A stretch of 61,174 nt of DNA, counting the filler. It is 4 parts of 4 records of this genome, joined end to end, with 100 filler letters (N's around TTAATTAATTAA, not from the genome) between each part and the next. Parts side by side here need not be neighbours in the genome. Positions count along the whole stretch, not along the records: positions 29,993 to 47,001 come from SRR20825019_2422; positions 47,102 to 61,174 come from SRR20825019_2423; 2 more parts are not named here. The stretch is one strand, 5' to 3'. The notes under the pieces are model-generated. The model saw nothing but the letters and a program-made list of their open reading frames with translations, searched no databases and had not been told where the DNA came from. Below are positions 45,032 through 56,651 of the stretch, in pieces (the stretch's first letter is position 1; every line of letters begins with the position of its first letter). A program made the position numbers and the translations under genes.

Positions 45032-46135
45032 ATGAAATTAAAATTATGTATTAGCTTGTTTTTTATATCAACTGCAAGCCTAACTTACGCACAAGATTTA
45101 CCGGCAAACCCAGAACCTGGGAAGTGCTATGTGCGCTGTACAACGCCAGCTGTTTATGTAAATGAAACAGTGCAGATTATGACAAAGCCGGCCTACAAAA
45201 AATTGAAGACGATTCCTGCGCAATATGAGACTGTCACGGAACGTGTTTTGGTGAAAGAAGAAGGTAAAAAACTTGTTGTAATTCCTGAAAAATGGGGTAC
45301 AGAAACAGTAACATATGTTAAAAAACAAGGTGCATCGACTTTAAGCGTGAATCCTGCAACTTTTTCAAACGATGCAGAAACTATTGAAATAAAACCTGCT
45401 TTTGCACAATGGGAGCTTGGCTCACCAGCACCAGATTGTGCCTCTTCTAATCCAGACGATTGCCGTTACTGGTGTTATAAAGGATATCCAGCAGAGTACA
45501 CAACGGTGCCGGTAATCCGTTTGGCAAATGATGCATCAACAAATAAAAGCCCAATTGAGGCTAAAGATGCTTCTTATACAAAAAAGGTTGTAATTGAGCC
45601 TGCTCGAGTTGAAGAAGTTATTATTCCTGCTGTTTATGATGAAATAACTAAAGTGGTTATGGTGAAAGACGCGCAAGTAGTTGAAGAGCTTATTGCTGCG
45701 GAATATAAAACGGTTTCAAAAGAGGTGTTAAAAGACAAAGGCGGTTTAACAAGCTGGAGAGAAGTAGAATGTGCTTTGGTAGAATATCAAGCCTTACCAA
45801 TAAACTGGAATCTTGGAAGCGCAACACTAACTGCAGAAGCAAAATCTTTGATTGACACTCGCTTAATGCCTGTTCTTGCTCAAAATCCAGGTGTAAAACT
45901 TGAAATAGCTTCGCATACAGATTCTAGAGGTACTAGCTCATCAAATCAAGATTTATCTGAAAGAAGAGCTCAGGCTGTGGCAATTTATTTACAATCAAAT
46001 GGAATCAACTCGAGTTTGCTTGTAGCAAATGGTTACGGGGAGAATAGATTAAAAAATAGATGTGCTGATGGTGTTTCATGTACGGAACGCGAACACGCTG
46101 TAAATAGAAGAACTGAATTTAGGCTGATTAATTAG
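45032..46135 (+). CDS. OmpA-family protein
   Basis: Signal peptide; C-terminal SHTDSRG..NQDLSERRA..GYGE..NRRTEF. Confidence 0.92.
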   Translation: MKLKLCISLFFISTASLTYAQDLPANPEPGKCYVRCTTPAVYVNETVQIMTKPAYKKLKTIPAQYETVTERVLVKEEGKKLVVIPEKWGTETVTYVKKQGASTLSVNPATFSNDAETIEIKPAFAQWELGSPAPDCASSNPDDCRYWCYKGYPAEYTTVPVIRLANDASTNKSPIEAKDASYTKKVVIEPARVEEVIIPAVYDEITKVVMVKDAQVVEELIAAEYKTVSKEVLKDKGGLTSWREVECALVEYQALPINWNLGSATLTAEAKSLIDTRLMPVLAQNPGVKLEIASHTDSRGTSSSNQDLSERRAQAVAIYLQSNGINSSLLVANGYGENRLKNRCADGVSCTEREHAVNRRTEFRLIN

Positions 46136-46159
46136 GTTATATTGAGGTTAATTGAATAG

Positions 46160-46191
46160 AATCCCCATACTTTTTGGGGATTTTGTTTTTT
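46160..46191 (+). terminator. intrinsic terminator after the OmpA-family gene
   Basis: AATCCCCA-N7-TGGGGATT followed by a T-rich tract. Confidence 0.75.
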
Positions 46192-46245
46192 AATAACACC
46201 TTTGGCATTAATTATGCTATTCAAGAAAAATACAATCTTATACTT

Positions 46246-46695
46246 ATGAAACTTTATCATTTTTGTTTCTTTCTTATGTTTTCACTTTTTTCTTTTTCAC
46301 AGGAAACGAGTGATTTAAATTGGTTAACAAATTTAGAAGAAGCGCGAAAAATAGCTAAAGATTCAAATAAGCCAATTTTACTGTATTTCACAGGAAGTGA
46401 TTGGTGTGCTCCATGCAAGATGCTAAAAGAAGATTTTTTTGAAAACCCTGAGTTTGTTGAAAAGGCAGCCAATATGGTTTTAGTATTGGTGGATTATCCA
46501 CGCCGTATAGATCTTATTTCTGAAGAACAAATGGCTTACAACAAAGAGTTGGTTGCTAAATACAATACAAAAAAAGTCTTCCCAAAACTATTATTTTTAG
46601 ACCATAAAGGAAGGGAAAAGGGAGAAATGGAAGGGTATAGCCCATTGCGCGATACCCAAAACCATTTTAAGTTTATTAATAAATTTCTTAAATAA
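46246..46695 (+). CDS. secreted thioredoxin-family protein
   Basis: FTGSDWCAPC motif; signal peptide from ATG 46246. Confidence 0.9.
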   Translation: MKLYHFCFFLMFSLFSFSQETSDLNWLTNLEEARKIAKDSNKPILLYFTGSDWCAPCKMLKEDFFENPEFVEKAANMVLVLVDYPRRIDLISEEQMAYNKELVAKYNTKKVFPKLLFLDHKGREKGEMEGYSPLRDTQNHFKFINKFLK

Positions 46696-46702
46696 AGTAG
46701 GT

Positions 46703-47001
46703 TTACTTAAACATATCCATTCCTGGAATGTTGGGCATTCCTTCTTTTGCAACAGCAGCAACTTCAGTTTCGTGAATCTTTGAAGCTTTTTCAATGGCTT
46801 TATTTAGTGTTAAAACCAAATAATCTTCCAATTGCTCTTTGTCTTCTAATAGGCTGTCATCAATTGCTATGCTTTTTATTTCTCGGTTTGCAGTAAGTGT
46901 AACTTTTAAAAGTCCGTCGTTGCTAACTTCATCAATTAAAACAGTGTCTAACCTTTTTTTTGTGGCTGCTACTTTTTCTTGGGTTTCTTTTAATTTACCT
47001 A
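46703..47001 (-). CDS. ybaB: YbaB/EbfC nucleoid-associated protein (5' truncated)
   Basis: Manual translation [67 protein letters not shown]. Confidence 0.88.
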
Positions 47002-47101
47002 NNNNNNNNNNNNNNNNNNNNNNNNNNNNNNNNNNNNNNNNNNNNTTAATTAATTAANNNNNNNNNNNNNNNNNNNNNNNNNNNNNNNNNNNNNNNNNNN
47101 N
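47002..47101. other. artificial contig linker
   Basis: N44-TTAATTAATTAA-N44. Confidence 0.98.
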
Positions 47102-47103
47102 TT

Positions 47104-47187
47104 CTTGTGGAGGAGAAACAGTGGCCCGAGACTGCAACTCATGGCCCGGGGATTAAACTTGAAGCAAACATCCACGCCAAGTTGTGA
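47104..47187 (+). CDS. 3' end of a truncated eukaryotic gene ending in -AKL
   Basis: Open frame from the contig edge: LVEEKQWPETATHGPGIKLEANIHAKL*. Confidence 0.5.
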   Translation, partial: LVEEKQWPETATHGPGIKLEANIHAKL

Positions 47188-47232
47188 CAAGTCTTAGATG
47201 GTGAAATAGTTTGATTCAATGTGTTACTATAT

Positions 47233-50200
47233 TTAGGACATATCGGGATTCGTCTGTAGCTCACTCAATTGATGCTTGTGCTCTGCCACTTGCTCCGCCA
47301 GTGCAGAGTACTTCAGCACCCGGGGTCCCAACATACTATTTCCCTGGTTGCCTGGATGAAGGCAAATATCCTCAAGGATCCTGCTTCCTTGTTCCACCCA
47401 CCATGACACAACGTCAGTACCCAGCATCAGTTGCTGGTGAAGGGCCTCTTTTGCTGTCAAAACAGCAATGCGGAGAGCGCATAGAGGCCTTGCTTTCGCC
47501 TCAGCGTCGCTGAGGCATTGCTTCAGAGAGTCGAACAAAGCCTTTGAAACATCCGAGGCACCTTCCTTGCTTGCAATTATTGCATTCTTAAGATGGCGAA
47601 TCGCGGTGATCTCAGTGGCGAAGATGTGGCACCGACTAAGGGCAAACTACACATATGCGAGTTAGAGTTCAAACTAGAGCAACCATTCTAGTGATTAGGC
47701 ATATACCTCGCGGTCTAATAATCCCAGTACTGTGTCAAGTGTTGTGGTTTCTCGCATATAAAGTTCGACCTCAGCCCACGCCATCAAAACATGCCCCAAG
47801 CCTGCATGAAATCGCGCCAGCCCATTCAGGCCCCAATCCCTCACAGCCTTTGCAGTGATGTCGGACCTCAATGTCCTGAATCGGTATACCAGCATCGACA
47901 TCTTGTGAATGCAGTGGAAGGAGGGATGCCGTAACCCGCCGGTGTGTACGGCCTCATCAATGGCGTGCAGCATATTAGCGCCGGCCGCAAAGGATCCAGT
48001 GCGGAGTAGGATCATGTTGATGAAGTAGCCGACGCTGACAAAGTGCTGAGAGGAAAGCTTGGTGACGAGACGAGTTGCATCATCGAGACATATTGAGTTC
48101 TCGAATACTGCTGGAGCGCCCCTCAGCATAAGGTCTTCCGCGGGAAGTAGCTTTCCCTCCTCCAAATAGTAAACCGCCATCCATCCCGACCCCGTTACAC
48201 CACCACCCACCATACCATATATGGGATTGCCAATATCCTTGAAGGTGCGATCAGTGACTCTGCGCGCCTCCTCCATGAGGTTGGGTGGGCAACCCTCATA
48301 ATGGGTGGGCCTATGGTTGCTAAGCACATAGAACATTACTGTTTGCATTACCCCCTTCACAGCGGCATCATGTTTTCCGTTCACTATCATATCGTAGTAT
48401 TTTTCGTCCAAATCTGGGAAGTTTGAATAGAAATCGGTTAAGTCCTCTGATATCATGGCCCGAACATGTATCAGAGCGTTGGTTACAGCCTCCTCATGTG
48501 TGTCATCCCCTATCCCACTATCCTCATCAAGCAATAGCCTCAGTTGTCTCAATTCCGTATGAATGGTTTCCAACTTTGGCGCAAAAGCGCGGTGCGACGG
48601 CGACGAACCAAACCGGAACAGTATCTCCTGTTCGATGCGCGCGCCAACCTTCATAACTTCATCACGCCACTTCTTGTGCAGCATGACCCGGTTTCTTTCG
48701 GCATCGCTGACGGGCTTGAGCTCCGGCCGCTGTCCATGAATGGCATCGAACAAAACAATTGCCTGGGCGAAAGACAACGTCACCAGACCCGCTCCATGTG
48801 TCAAAGAAAAGGCATCCTACCTCAGTGAATGGCCGCACAAAGGACGACGTCCCAGAATATTTCGCCAACAGCTCTGCCAGTCTAAGTAATGATCGTGGAA
48901 GGTCCCCACCGTAAGTCTTCAATACAGGCATGCTCCACTGCGAAACTTCTTGGATAGGGTGTAGTAGCGCCAGTTCTCGAATCTCATTTGCCTGGGATAT
49001 CAAAAGAATGAGCATATGCAAACATAAAGAGAGTCTTTCACGTACCTCTTGTTTGGCGGTGTGGACAGCCTGCAGGACACGGCTGACGGTAACAATCTCC
49101 ATGTCATGGATCTTCCCTCCGGTGATCACAAGCTGGGCCAGACGCAGGTGTAGCGAAGCAGCGTTGGCTCCTTGATGCGTTGACATGAGGATCGGGGACG
49201 CGCTCGACGAGGCGCCTATCATCTCACAGACTCGATCAAAGAGCACTGTCATATCGACATTCTCCTGTGGGATCTTGTTAGCCACACGACACAACGCCGA
49301 GAAAAATGCAAATGAGAGAGGGAGCCATACCAACAGGTTCGAGCAACGTGGCCCAAGGTAGAACTTGTCATCTATCACCTGCATCAATTCTGCCCAGTCC
49401 TCTTCTCGTTGATCCAATAAAATCCGCCCCAGGTATGCTCTGACTAGGGATCCGTATGACTCACCGATAGCCAATCCCTTCGTGCGGACGGTGTGCAAAG
49501 CCAGAATCTTCCGGATGACTGTTTTACACGCGCGAGCCGCCATTTCGGTAATAAGGGCCGCCACCCATGGGTGGTTGGGGTGACGCTGCTGCATCACCGC
49601 AGTGACCTGTTTGAGAAATCGTACATTCACGCCGTGAAGGTGCAACGTATGACTAATTTGGACATTATTAACCTCTTCCGGGGTTGAAAGGGCCAGAGAT
49701 GAAACTACATTGGAAATGCTTTCTGTAGTCCAGCAAAAGTAAAGAGTCAGCGGATAGGAAAGTCTTAGGTCTAGAAGTGAACTCACCGTTAATCATTCTT
49801 TGAAAGCACCTATCAACATCCTCGTTGTGTTCCTGCACCAGTTCTGCCGCAGAGTCGTCCCAGCCGCTGAATGCATCGCTGCAGAGAGCTTCGTGGTGTG
49901 ACATCACCAACTCCGGCCGCAACAGGCGCACCAGGAATGCACCGCCCCCGCCTCCACTGTGCCTCAAGGCATATGACGCTGAAACTGTGGAATCATCTCC
50001 ATTTGGTAGGGGTGAACACAAGGAATGAGTGCCACCCGCAACAGCCGGAGGCTCGCACGGCATGATACGGGCACAGTCCAGAGCATAGTATATTGGCTTG
50101 GCATTCGACTCATCGCCATCTGCGCACCTCCGTACCTCGATATCCCCGCACAGGTGCATCTGACAAGCACCCACAGTATGTGCCCTCAAATTCAAGGCCT

Positions 50201-51720
50201 GCCCAATGTTGCTCATCGCACTAGCCACGGCCGCGTCAGCACTACCATCGTGAACGGTCCGCCCACCATCGGCCGATCCGTACACCAGCTGCCCCTCTGG
50301 AAGCAATGCGACTGCCAGGATAGTTACACCGTTGAAATCCACAGCGCACGCAAGGGGAACGTGAATGTCATGCTGAGTGGCAGTCTGGGAAAGAAGGTTG
50401 ATGCCTCTTAGGTCGTGGCGAGCCGCCTTCGAAGCAAGTTCATCGCTGCCGTAGATCCCGGCTGCGTCTGTTGCTCGTTTAAAGAATACGCCACTATGAC
50501 CCCAGTCAACACTCGGTAAAAAATGCTGAAACAAAACTGCTACTCACGCGCATAAATACTTCTCACCGCCCGCAAGGCCACCGGCGGTAATTGGCTTGAT
50601 CACACGCTCAGAGTTTGGGAGGGCGTATTCAGCAGCAATCACCCGCGCGTAGAGACTGGCCGTGGATGTGAACGACTGATGTAAGGTCAGGAGACGTCGG
50701 GGGCAATTCCATGGGGGTACTATACCTTACTGTGGTTGGAAAGACGGACCAGAGTCTCAAGGTCTCCGGGCTTGGCCTTCAGTTGTGTTTGCAGGCGATG
50801 GTATTCCCTACATGCGCAGTTCAATTAGTTCGTGCCCTCTCTCCGACCGAGGGCCTCATCTTCGTCCAACCCTTACTCTGTCCAGTAGTACTGCCGCTTG
50901 TGGTCAAGCACCTCCCTGTGATCAATCCCGGCCTTTTCCTTCAGCTCCTTGTAGAGTGTGCCCACATCTGCCGACAATATTCATACAAATTCCCCACGCA
51001 ACAGCCCACACACTCACCACGATCACTTTCGACGCTGCTTCCTGTGCCAACCGTGGGCGCCGTGTACCGTGACGAGGACTTGAGGCTTTTTGGGGGTCCT
51101 TCTTCATCCTCCCGCACAGCAAGGGCTACCAATCCCGCTCTGACATTGGGCATGCAAGTAACAAGAGTGGCTGCAACCGTGGCAAAATCCTTGCTCAACG
51201 CCGCTGCGATCGATGATATGATGGCCTCCCGGCCGACTTCCTCGCCCACCTTACTAACTAAGCTGCAACAGCGACAACCGCATCAGCACCTTGCCAGTAT
51301 CCATACACACCCACGGTTCCAGTCCACCCCCCTCTAATAGTGACAACACCCCGAAAAGCAAAAGGCCACACCATTCAGACACATCTATCTTCTCTACAAT
51401 ATTCCGCGGCACATCACATACTTAGTGGCTCCGTTTGTATTCGCTGCGGCTGCTGCGATCTTGGGTACAAGATGGCTCAGCTGGGAGGCAACCACTCCAA
51501 CAACGCCATCCCCCAGTCCCTCATCCCCAACGTGCGCCTGAGGGGCAGAGATCTCGTTCCCGGATCCGTCGTCGTCGTCTTCGGAAGGCGCACTGAGCGA
51601 TGCAGACACAAGCACCTTCCCATGACCATCCGCGCGCCCCAACAGGACAGATCCAGGGCCTCGGGTAGCGAGGTGACCTCGCAGGCTGTCAATCACCTCG
51701 TTGGTGTCACCTGCTCCCAT
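47233..51720 (-). CDS. CLU-domain (clustered mitochondria-like) protein, multi-exon
   Basis: GGLAGGEKY, GVFFK, KAARHDLRG, VPLACAVDFNG, LVYGSADGGRTVH, ALDCARIMP, LLRPELV, LCSDAFS, LHLHGVNVRFL, EMAARACK. Confidence 0.8.
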
Positions 51721-51849
51721 TTTATATGCTGATAGGTACACCGTCACGTCGCCGATATACGTGTATATAAACCTAGCTAGACGTAACGAGAAGAGGTTCT
51801 CCTAACTTCATGACTCGCAAGGTGATGGTTTAGTATGGAGATATGCAGG

Positions 51850-52190
51850 TGGCCACGAACCGGCTGGCCATCTTGTGGCCGCCCCTTGACCGGCCGGCAC
51901 TCGGACTCCCAACCGCATCGGTCGGCCGGCCGCCGGCGGCCGTGCCGTGCCCCGCGGACCCACGTGGTGGGGCTGGCACCGGGCGCCGGCTGCCGGGCGA
52001 ACCGCGTCAACCCCAGGCCCCGGCCCCTCATCAGAGCCGCCGTTCAAATCGCCAGAGCCCCGGCCAGTCATAGCCGACGGTGAATTGGAATCCGCATAAT
52101 TTCTAAGCTTGTATTCATTCCCGGGGTTTTTGCCGCGTTTCGCCACTCAGTCAGTGCCGGCTGTTTGCCAAGTTGGGCTCAGGCCGATGC
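51850..52190. promoter_or_regulatory. GC-rich island upstream of the CLU-domain gene
   Basis: GC-rich non-coding DNA; TATA-like TTTATATAC on the minus strand at ~51763-51771. Confidence 0.5.
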
Positions 52191-52461
52191 ACGAAGAGCA
52201 CCCGAACGAGCAAAGCAATCATGAATAGTCCACTGGCGGCCAAGGATGAAGTAACCTGCAACAAGGACCGCAACAACAGAAACTTAGGGTATCATTTATT
52301 ACTAGAGATGTTCTGGCAGCTGATGTGGTTCTCAGATGTGTAGGCATGGTTTAGGGTGTATAGAGTACAAGAGTACAACATAAATATTTCGACCGTAAGG
52401 TACGAATTGTGGTAGAGAGTGAGATTGAGTTGGCATGGTAACAGTTTCGCTGTTTGGTGCC

Positions 52462-53676
52462 TTAGTCACTTTCTGTGATTTCGCAATTTCTCATGGCACT
52501 CAGCACACTCTGCGACATTTCACGAGAAACGAGCTTGTCGCTCATACGACTTGAACCGGTCATCTTCCTTCCCGTAATAAAGGGATGTGACATAATTTGC
52601 TGGAACGAAGGTCGCTCATCAGGGTTAACAGCCATCATTCTTGTCGTCAGGTCACGAAAAGCCGGATTGGACGCGGGGCCATTGGGGCTATGTTTTTCCA
52701 TCACACTCCATAATGAACGAGCTTTCCCTTGAGCCCACAAGCGGAAGTATGGGTCTGTCCCGCTTCGGATGCTATTCCAGGGTGGATGACCACAGCAAAG
52801 GGTAAACAAGCACACACCAAGGCCAAATATGTCCGACTTCTTGCCATCATATCCTTCAGCCCTGCGTGCTAACTTGGGTAGTAGCTGCTCTGGAGGACTA
52901 AACACGTCCGATCCACATGAACATGTATGTCGCACCTCGGAACCATTTTCATAGGTCCGACCCCAGAAACCGAAGTCGCCTAGCTTTACAGTGAATTTGT
53001 CCACTTTTTCGGGGTCCTTAATGTCTTCCACATTAATTGTTTCCGGGAAGGAAAGGAAGAAGTTTTCCAGCTTGATATCACGATGGCACATATTACGATG
53101 ATGTATATGTTCCACTGCGCTGACCATCTGACGAAACAGTGGCATGGCGCATTCATAGGGAAGTGTAAACTGCGTCACTTCAAACATATCAGTACGACAC
53201 AACTCTGTTATCATGTAGCCCCAGCCTTCAGCATGATCAATAATATTTTCATATGCAGCGAGAATGTTGGAATGGCGACCCGCTTTCTCTAGTCCTTTAA
53301 GTTCCCACCGCTGGCGTTGTGCCCTCTTCGCACACCTCTGTATCTGAGTGGCCTTGACAGCGACACGAGACCCTCTGGGGCCAATGACACTATCGTCTTC
53401 CACTATCGAAGCCTCGTACACGTGAGACTTCGAGTTCGGGCCACCACTCAGCAGCCTTCCAAGTATGTATATGTCGTCAATGCTGACAGGAATATCGTTC
53501 GTGTTTACCTTCCTGGCTTGTGTGTCATCGCCGGAAGAAACAGGATCGTCAGCAGGGCCAGTGGTATGGGTTCGAGGATTGTTCACAGGCGTCCCAGAAT
53601 TTCGGGGAGACGGCTTTGAAGCCTCTGGTTCAGAACAGCCATTGTCATTTGTCAGTGTAATAACCTTTAACGGCAT
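52462..53676 (-). CDS. Ser/Thr protein kinase (CAMK-like), single exon
   Basis: VAVK, HRDIKLEN, DFG, CGS..SPPE, DIFGLGV, RPS. Confidence 0.93.
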   Translation of the reverse strand: MPLKVITLTNDNGCSEPEASKPSPRNSGTPVNNPRTHTTGPADDPVSSGDDTQARKVNTNDIPVSIDDIYILGRLLSGGPNSKSHVYEASIVEDDSVIGPRGSRVAVKATQIQRCAKRAQRQRWELKGLEKAGRHSNILAAYENIIDHAEGWGYMITELCRTDMFEVTQFTLPYECAMPLFRQMVSAVEHIHHRNMCHRDIKLENFFLSFPETINVEDIKDPEKVDKFTVKLGDFGFWGRTYENGSEVRHTCSCGSDVFSPPEQLLPKLARRAEGYDGKKSDIFGLGVCLFTLCCGHPPWNSIRSGTDPYFRLWAQGKARSLWSVMEKHSPNGPASNPAFRDLTTRMMAVNPDERPSFQQIMSHPFITGRKMTGSSRMSDKLVSREMSQSVLSAMRNCEITESD

Positions 53677-54828
53677 GATATGCAGTCACAAGTCCTACTG
53701 CTGGACTGAAGTTCTTTTCGTGAGTACTTGTAGTTGGTTGCAGTTTGATATTTCTGCCAACAACAAAACCGCAAGTGTTTCGGGAAACCCGTCCGGATAC
53801 TATGCAGGGGTTGCTGATTTGGACCGGGCGTGGTCTCTTCAGTTCAGGCATTGCCGCATCGTGGAGCTTCATCAGTTGTCGTGTTTGAGGGCAATAACTG
53901 GCTTGATCAATCGGGCCGACTGGCGGAGGTTGACCCGTTGCGCAAATCAGCTTTGAAATCGGACCAAACGCCCAACCGCCGGGCTATTCCGCAGATCCCA
54001 CTTCCCTCATTCAGGCTGCAGTGATCATTACCGAAACCCTATCCTCAGCTCGTCAAATAGGTCACGCGTGAAGTCAATAGGACATAGTTCTATTGGTCAA
54101 CATCTAATGATGGTGGTTCTATTTTTGCACAGCGGAACGCGGCAAACGTGCCACCCTCACGAAATCAAATGCTACTGTCAAGTGTCAGCACAACAGGGAT
54201 GAGAAGCGCTCGTTTTATGAAGTCTTTGTAGTCATAGTGCAGTCATAAATATAAAAGTGGTTGACCTCATTTTATTGAAACAGAGGGGTACAACCGGAAC
54301 TAAGCCACTTAGCCAGTGCTACTATTCAGATCCCCAATCAATCTGGCGTTGGTGACAGTAGCGGTGGTCCTGGCCGCAGCAGCTCCAACACTCTCATCAA
54401 TCGGCCGGCTGACACTAGTACCGGGGAACGAGTGGAACTTCTGGGTTCGCCCGTTGTGACAACTCAGTCCGCCCACAACCATCACTCACCGGGGGGTCGC
54501 CACCGACTGTGAGGCCCTGTGAGGGACGGGCTAGCAGCTGGACTCGAAGGCACGTCCCCATTCAAAGTCCTCTTTCATTCCAAACGCTTGTGCAGCCTAG
54601 CACAAGATCACAGCACCGTAACTTTGCCTGCATACATTCTCCCACTCCTCTGGAGACATGTGCCGACTCGTCAGCGTTACGTTGATACAAGGTTGGATCG
54701 GTCGATTGAACGACATCTGACTTTTCGTCCTCTTCTTTGACGCGGATGAGGACCGCCATGTCGCCTCACAACTCACTCATCACACACATATATTTATGCG
54801 CACCCTAGGCAGGTACAGTCGGACAGGT

Positions 54829-56593
54829 ATGGTCTTTCTGCAGCGGGGCCGTTTTCTGGTCACGATAAGCCTCATAGCATTGCTCGCCCGAGTTCACAGC
54901 ACGCCCGAGTTCAGCGTTGATAAACTGAACGGGGACAATGGTTTGGTAGTGACTGGGCTCAGGGGCAGCGGCTACGTCAATAGATTTCAATGGAGACGGC
55001 ATCAGCGATACTTTAATTTGTGGATCAGAGACCACAACGACAAGCCAGTGTTATCTTCTCCTAGGTCATCTGGGCTCTTATCCTCGTAGCATTGACGTCA
55101 AGAACTCTATCACGGAAACCCCACGCCGTGTTGGCGACTCTAGTTTCAGAACAGCATACTACTTTGGGAACCAACGTTGCTTCCCTTGATATGAACAATG
55201 ACGGCCTGGGTGACTTTGTACTGGGCATTCCACCTGTGAAGGATTCCAAGGCAATGGTGGAGCACAGCGGAACGATTGCCGTGATTTATGGGCGAAAGAA
55301 CACACCACGGGAGATCAATATTGACAAACTTGATGGTAGCGACGGCTCCAAGATCAACTCAGGCGTTGACAACTCCTACTTTGGCAGGTACTTGGCCGCT
55401 GCTGGAGACATTGATGGCGACGGAATTGGAGATATGCTTCTCGGATTTTGCCAGTCTTCCTCCTCCGCCGGAATTGCTATGCACACACTTGGCGCAGTGC
55501 TTTACGGAAGCAACAAGGATAAACCGACTTCACAATCTCCGTGACGGTGGGAGGCCAATCCAGTGCGACACAAACCATCATCGTGGACACTGTCTGGATG
55601 TACCGTATAGGCTATCGGTGATGTTGATTCCGATGGGGCCAAGGACTTCCTAGTTGGTGGACACAATGCTGTAAGCCAAGGAATGGAGTATCTCGTGTAC
55701 GGCTTGCATGCCGGCCGCCATGGTACCGTGGACGTTGGGCCGCGGGCTGCGCAGTTGAGGACGCCGCGCGTTTCACCCGTCTTGTACGCGAGAGTGATCA
55801 ATCTTCGGGCCCCAACATTGTCGCCGGGATTGGTGATGTCAATAGCGATTTCATAGATGATTTTGCCATAGGTGAGGTGAAGCGCGGTCCTCAAAGGAAG
55901 GGAGGAGGGCTCGTCATGGTGATTTATGGGCAGAAAGGTGGTCTTCCCGCCGTTTTTAACCCCTTGTCCGTAGACGGGGATGATGGCTTCACCATTACCC
56001 GCCGGCCACACACTCAAGGTGCCATCGGATACTCTATCTCTGGGCTTGGAGACTGGGACGGCGATGGAGATCACGAATTCGTCATTTCTGATCCAGGAGA
56101 AGGTTCTGGAACAGGGAAAGCATATGTAATATTTGGAACTCCCGCCAAAGGGTTTCCAGGCCAGATAGATGTGGGACAGGGCGAGTTCGAGGGTGTAGAG
56201 CTACTGACAGAACGCCAGAATGGGCGGTTGGGCTCATACGTCTCAGCACTCGGCGACATCAATGGAGATACGCAAACGGATGCTGCCGTGTGCAGCCAGG
56301 GAAATTGCAATATCCTCTTCGGCGGCCAAAAGTTTGGCAGCAGCCATGGCCTTACATTGTGGGCAGTAGTGCGCACAATCCTTTTCTGTTTGGCCGGCGT
56401 CGCAGCGATTGCCGTCGTGGCGGTTATGTCCGGTATTATTATTTATATTGTATGTTCTGGGTTGTGGGCTACACACACTCCCGAGCTGTGTCGCCCAACT
56501 ACCGTGCTCTGCCTGACTGAAGAAAGCGAAGACGAAGAGGATGACCGCTGGTACCTTCCTGTTCCTAAAGAGAAGAAGAAATCTCTTAAATAG
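54829..56593 (+). pseudogene. FG-GAP/integrin-alpha-like repeat membrane protein, disrupted
   Basis: Signal peptide, about seven DxxxDG-type repeats and a C-terminal TM segment, spread over several frames, with an in-frame TAG at 55608-55610. Confidence 0.65.
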
Positions 56594-56651
56594 AATACAC
56601 AACGCCCTACTATCTGGGTCATCATTACATCTTAAAGCATGGTACCCCTCT

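Noticed and set aside
29993-47001. Bacterium-to-eukaryote horizontal transfer of a menaquinone cluster
   Set aside because: Adjacency is created by linkers; no real junction; genes are truncated at the edges.
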